Source of the DNA: Lytechinus pictus | Lineage: Eukaryota | Assembly (NCBI RefSeq): GCF_037042905.1 | Contig: NW_026974146.1 | Span: 620,001 to 684,000 of the forward strand | Direction: 5' to 3' | DNA: 64,000 nt | Part shown: piece after piece, positions 63,451 through 64,000 of the stretch | Position numbering within the stretch: position 1 is the first letter of the stretch | Layout: every line of letters begins with the position of its first letter | Position numbers and translations under genes: made by a program | Notes under the pieces: model-generated | The model's database searches: none | Told to the model about the DNA's origin: nothing | What the model saw: only the letters and a program-made list of their open reading frames with translations

Positions 63451-64000
63451 ATAGTCCAGGGGGGGGGCATAGCGGCCACAATATTTTTTTTTATAAATAT
63501 GAAACGTTTGAGGGTGATGGTGCATCATTTCATGACTATCTCCTGTCAAATCTGAACTACTTTTGATGGGAAGTTTTGACACCCGGGTATACGGTTATGA
63601 AATTGCCTAATATTGCCCCAGCGGATGTCCGACTCAAAGTTGCTTTGATATGTTTTGAACGAAAATGGATTCTTGTTAATGAGTGACTATGTTTGTTTTT
63701 ATTGACAACAGTCATTTATTTTGAATTTTAAAATCATTATGCTTAAATTAGTCATCTGGTACAAAGTTAAATGAGCCATTATACTTAAGATTTTCATTTT
63801 GCACTCTTCAGAGTATGACGCCCAAATGAATGGAAGTGAATACAACAAAAGAATATAACAAAGGGCGAGTAGGCAGACTGGCGCGAAATAGCAAGCGCTA
63901 ATTGGCTATTTATAAAGTTTGAACTGTAAATTAGTCTTGTCCCCAGTGATACTTGATTACTCTTATGTCCAAGTATTACAAACTAGATCCACACACTTTC

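Overview
Animal genomic DNA, AT-rich and TE-dense; the NLR architecture and repeat types suggest a sea-urchin-like marine invertebrate (inference). The whole window lies inside one minus-strand NLR (NACHT-LRR) immune receptor gene. It contains a 1.75-kb NACHT exon (60352-58605), a first LRR-type exon (54309-54142) and five paralogous 162-168-nt LRR exons (20590-20426, 19499-19335, 15172-15008, 14060-13893, 1017-856), all open and phase 0-0. I could not identify the N-terminal exons or the stop codon, which probably lie outside the window. The five LRR exons come from a tandemly duplicated ~1.1-kb intron+exon unit. They share a nearly invariant core flanked by two hypervariable patches that are re-assorted between copies. 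The introns are inflated by nested TEs: two Gypsy LTR retrotransposons (one intact with LTRs that look identical, one defective with an 18-bp target duplication), two fragmented CR1/L2-group LINEs, a 5.4-kb Harbinger-type element, Helentron-type (HINE) elements with satellites, and several MITEs. A Penelope-type fragment places a minimal hammerhead ribozyme, in the sense orientation, in the intron between the NACHT and LRR exons.
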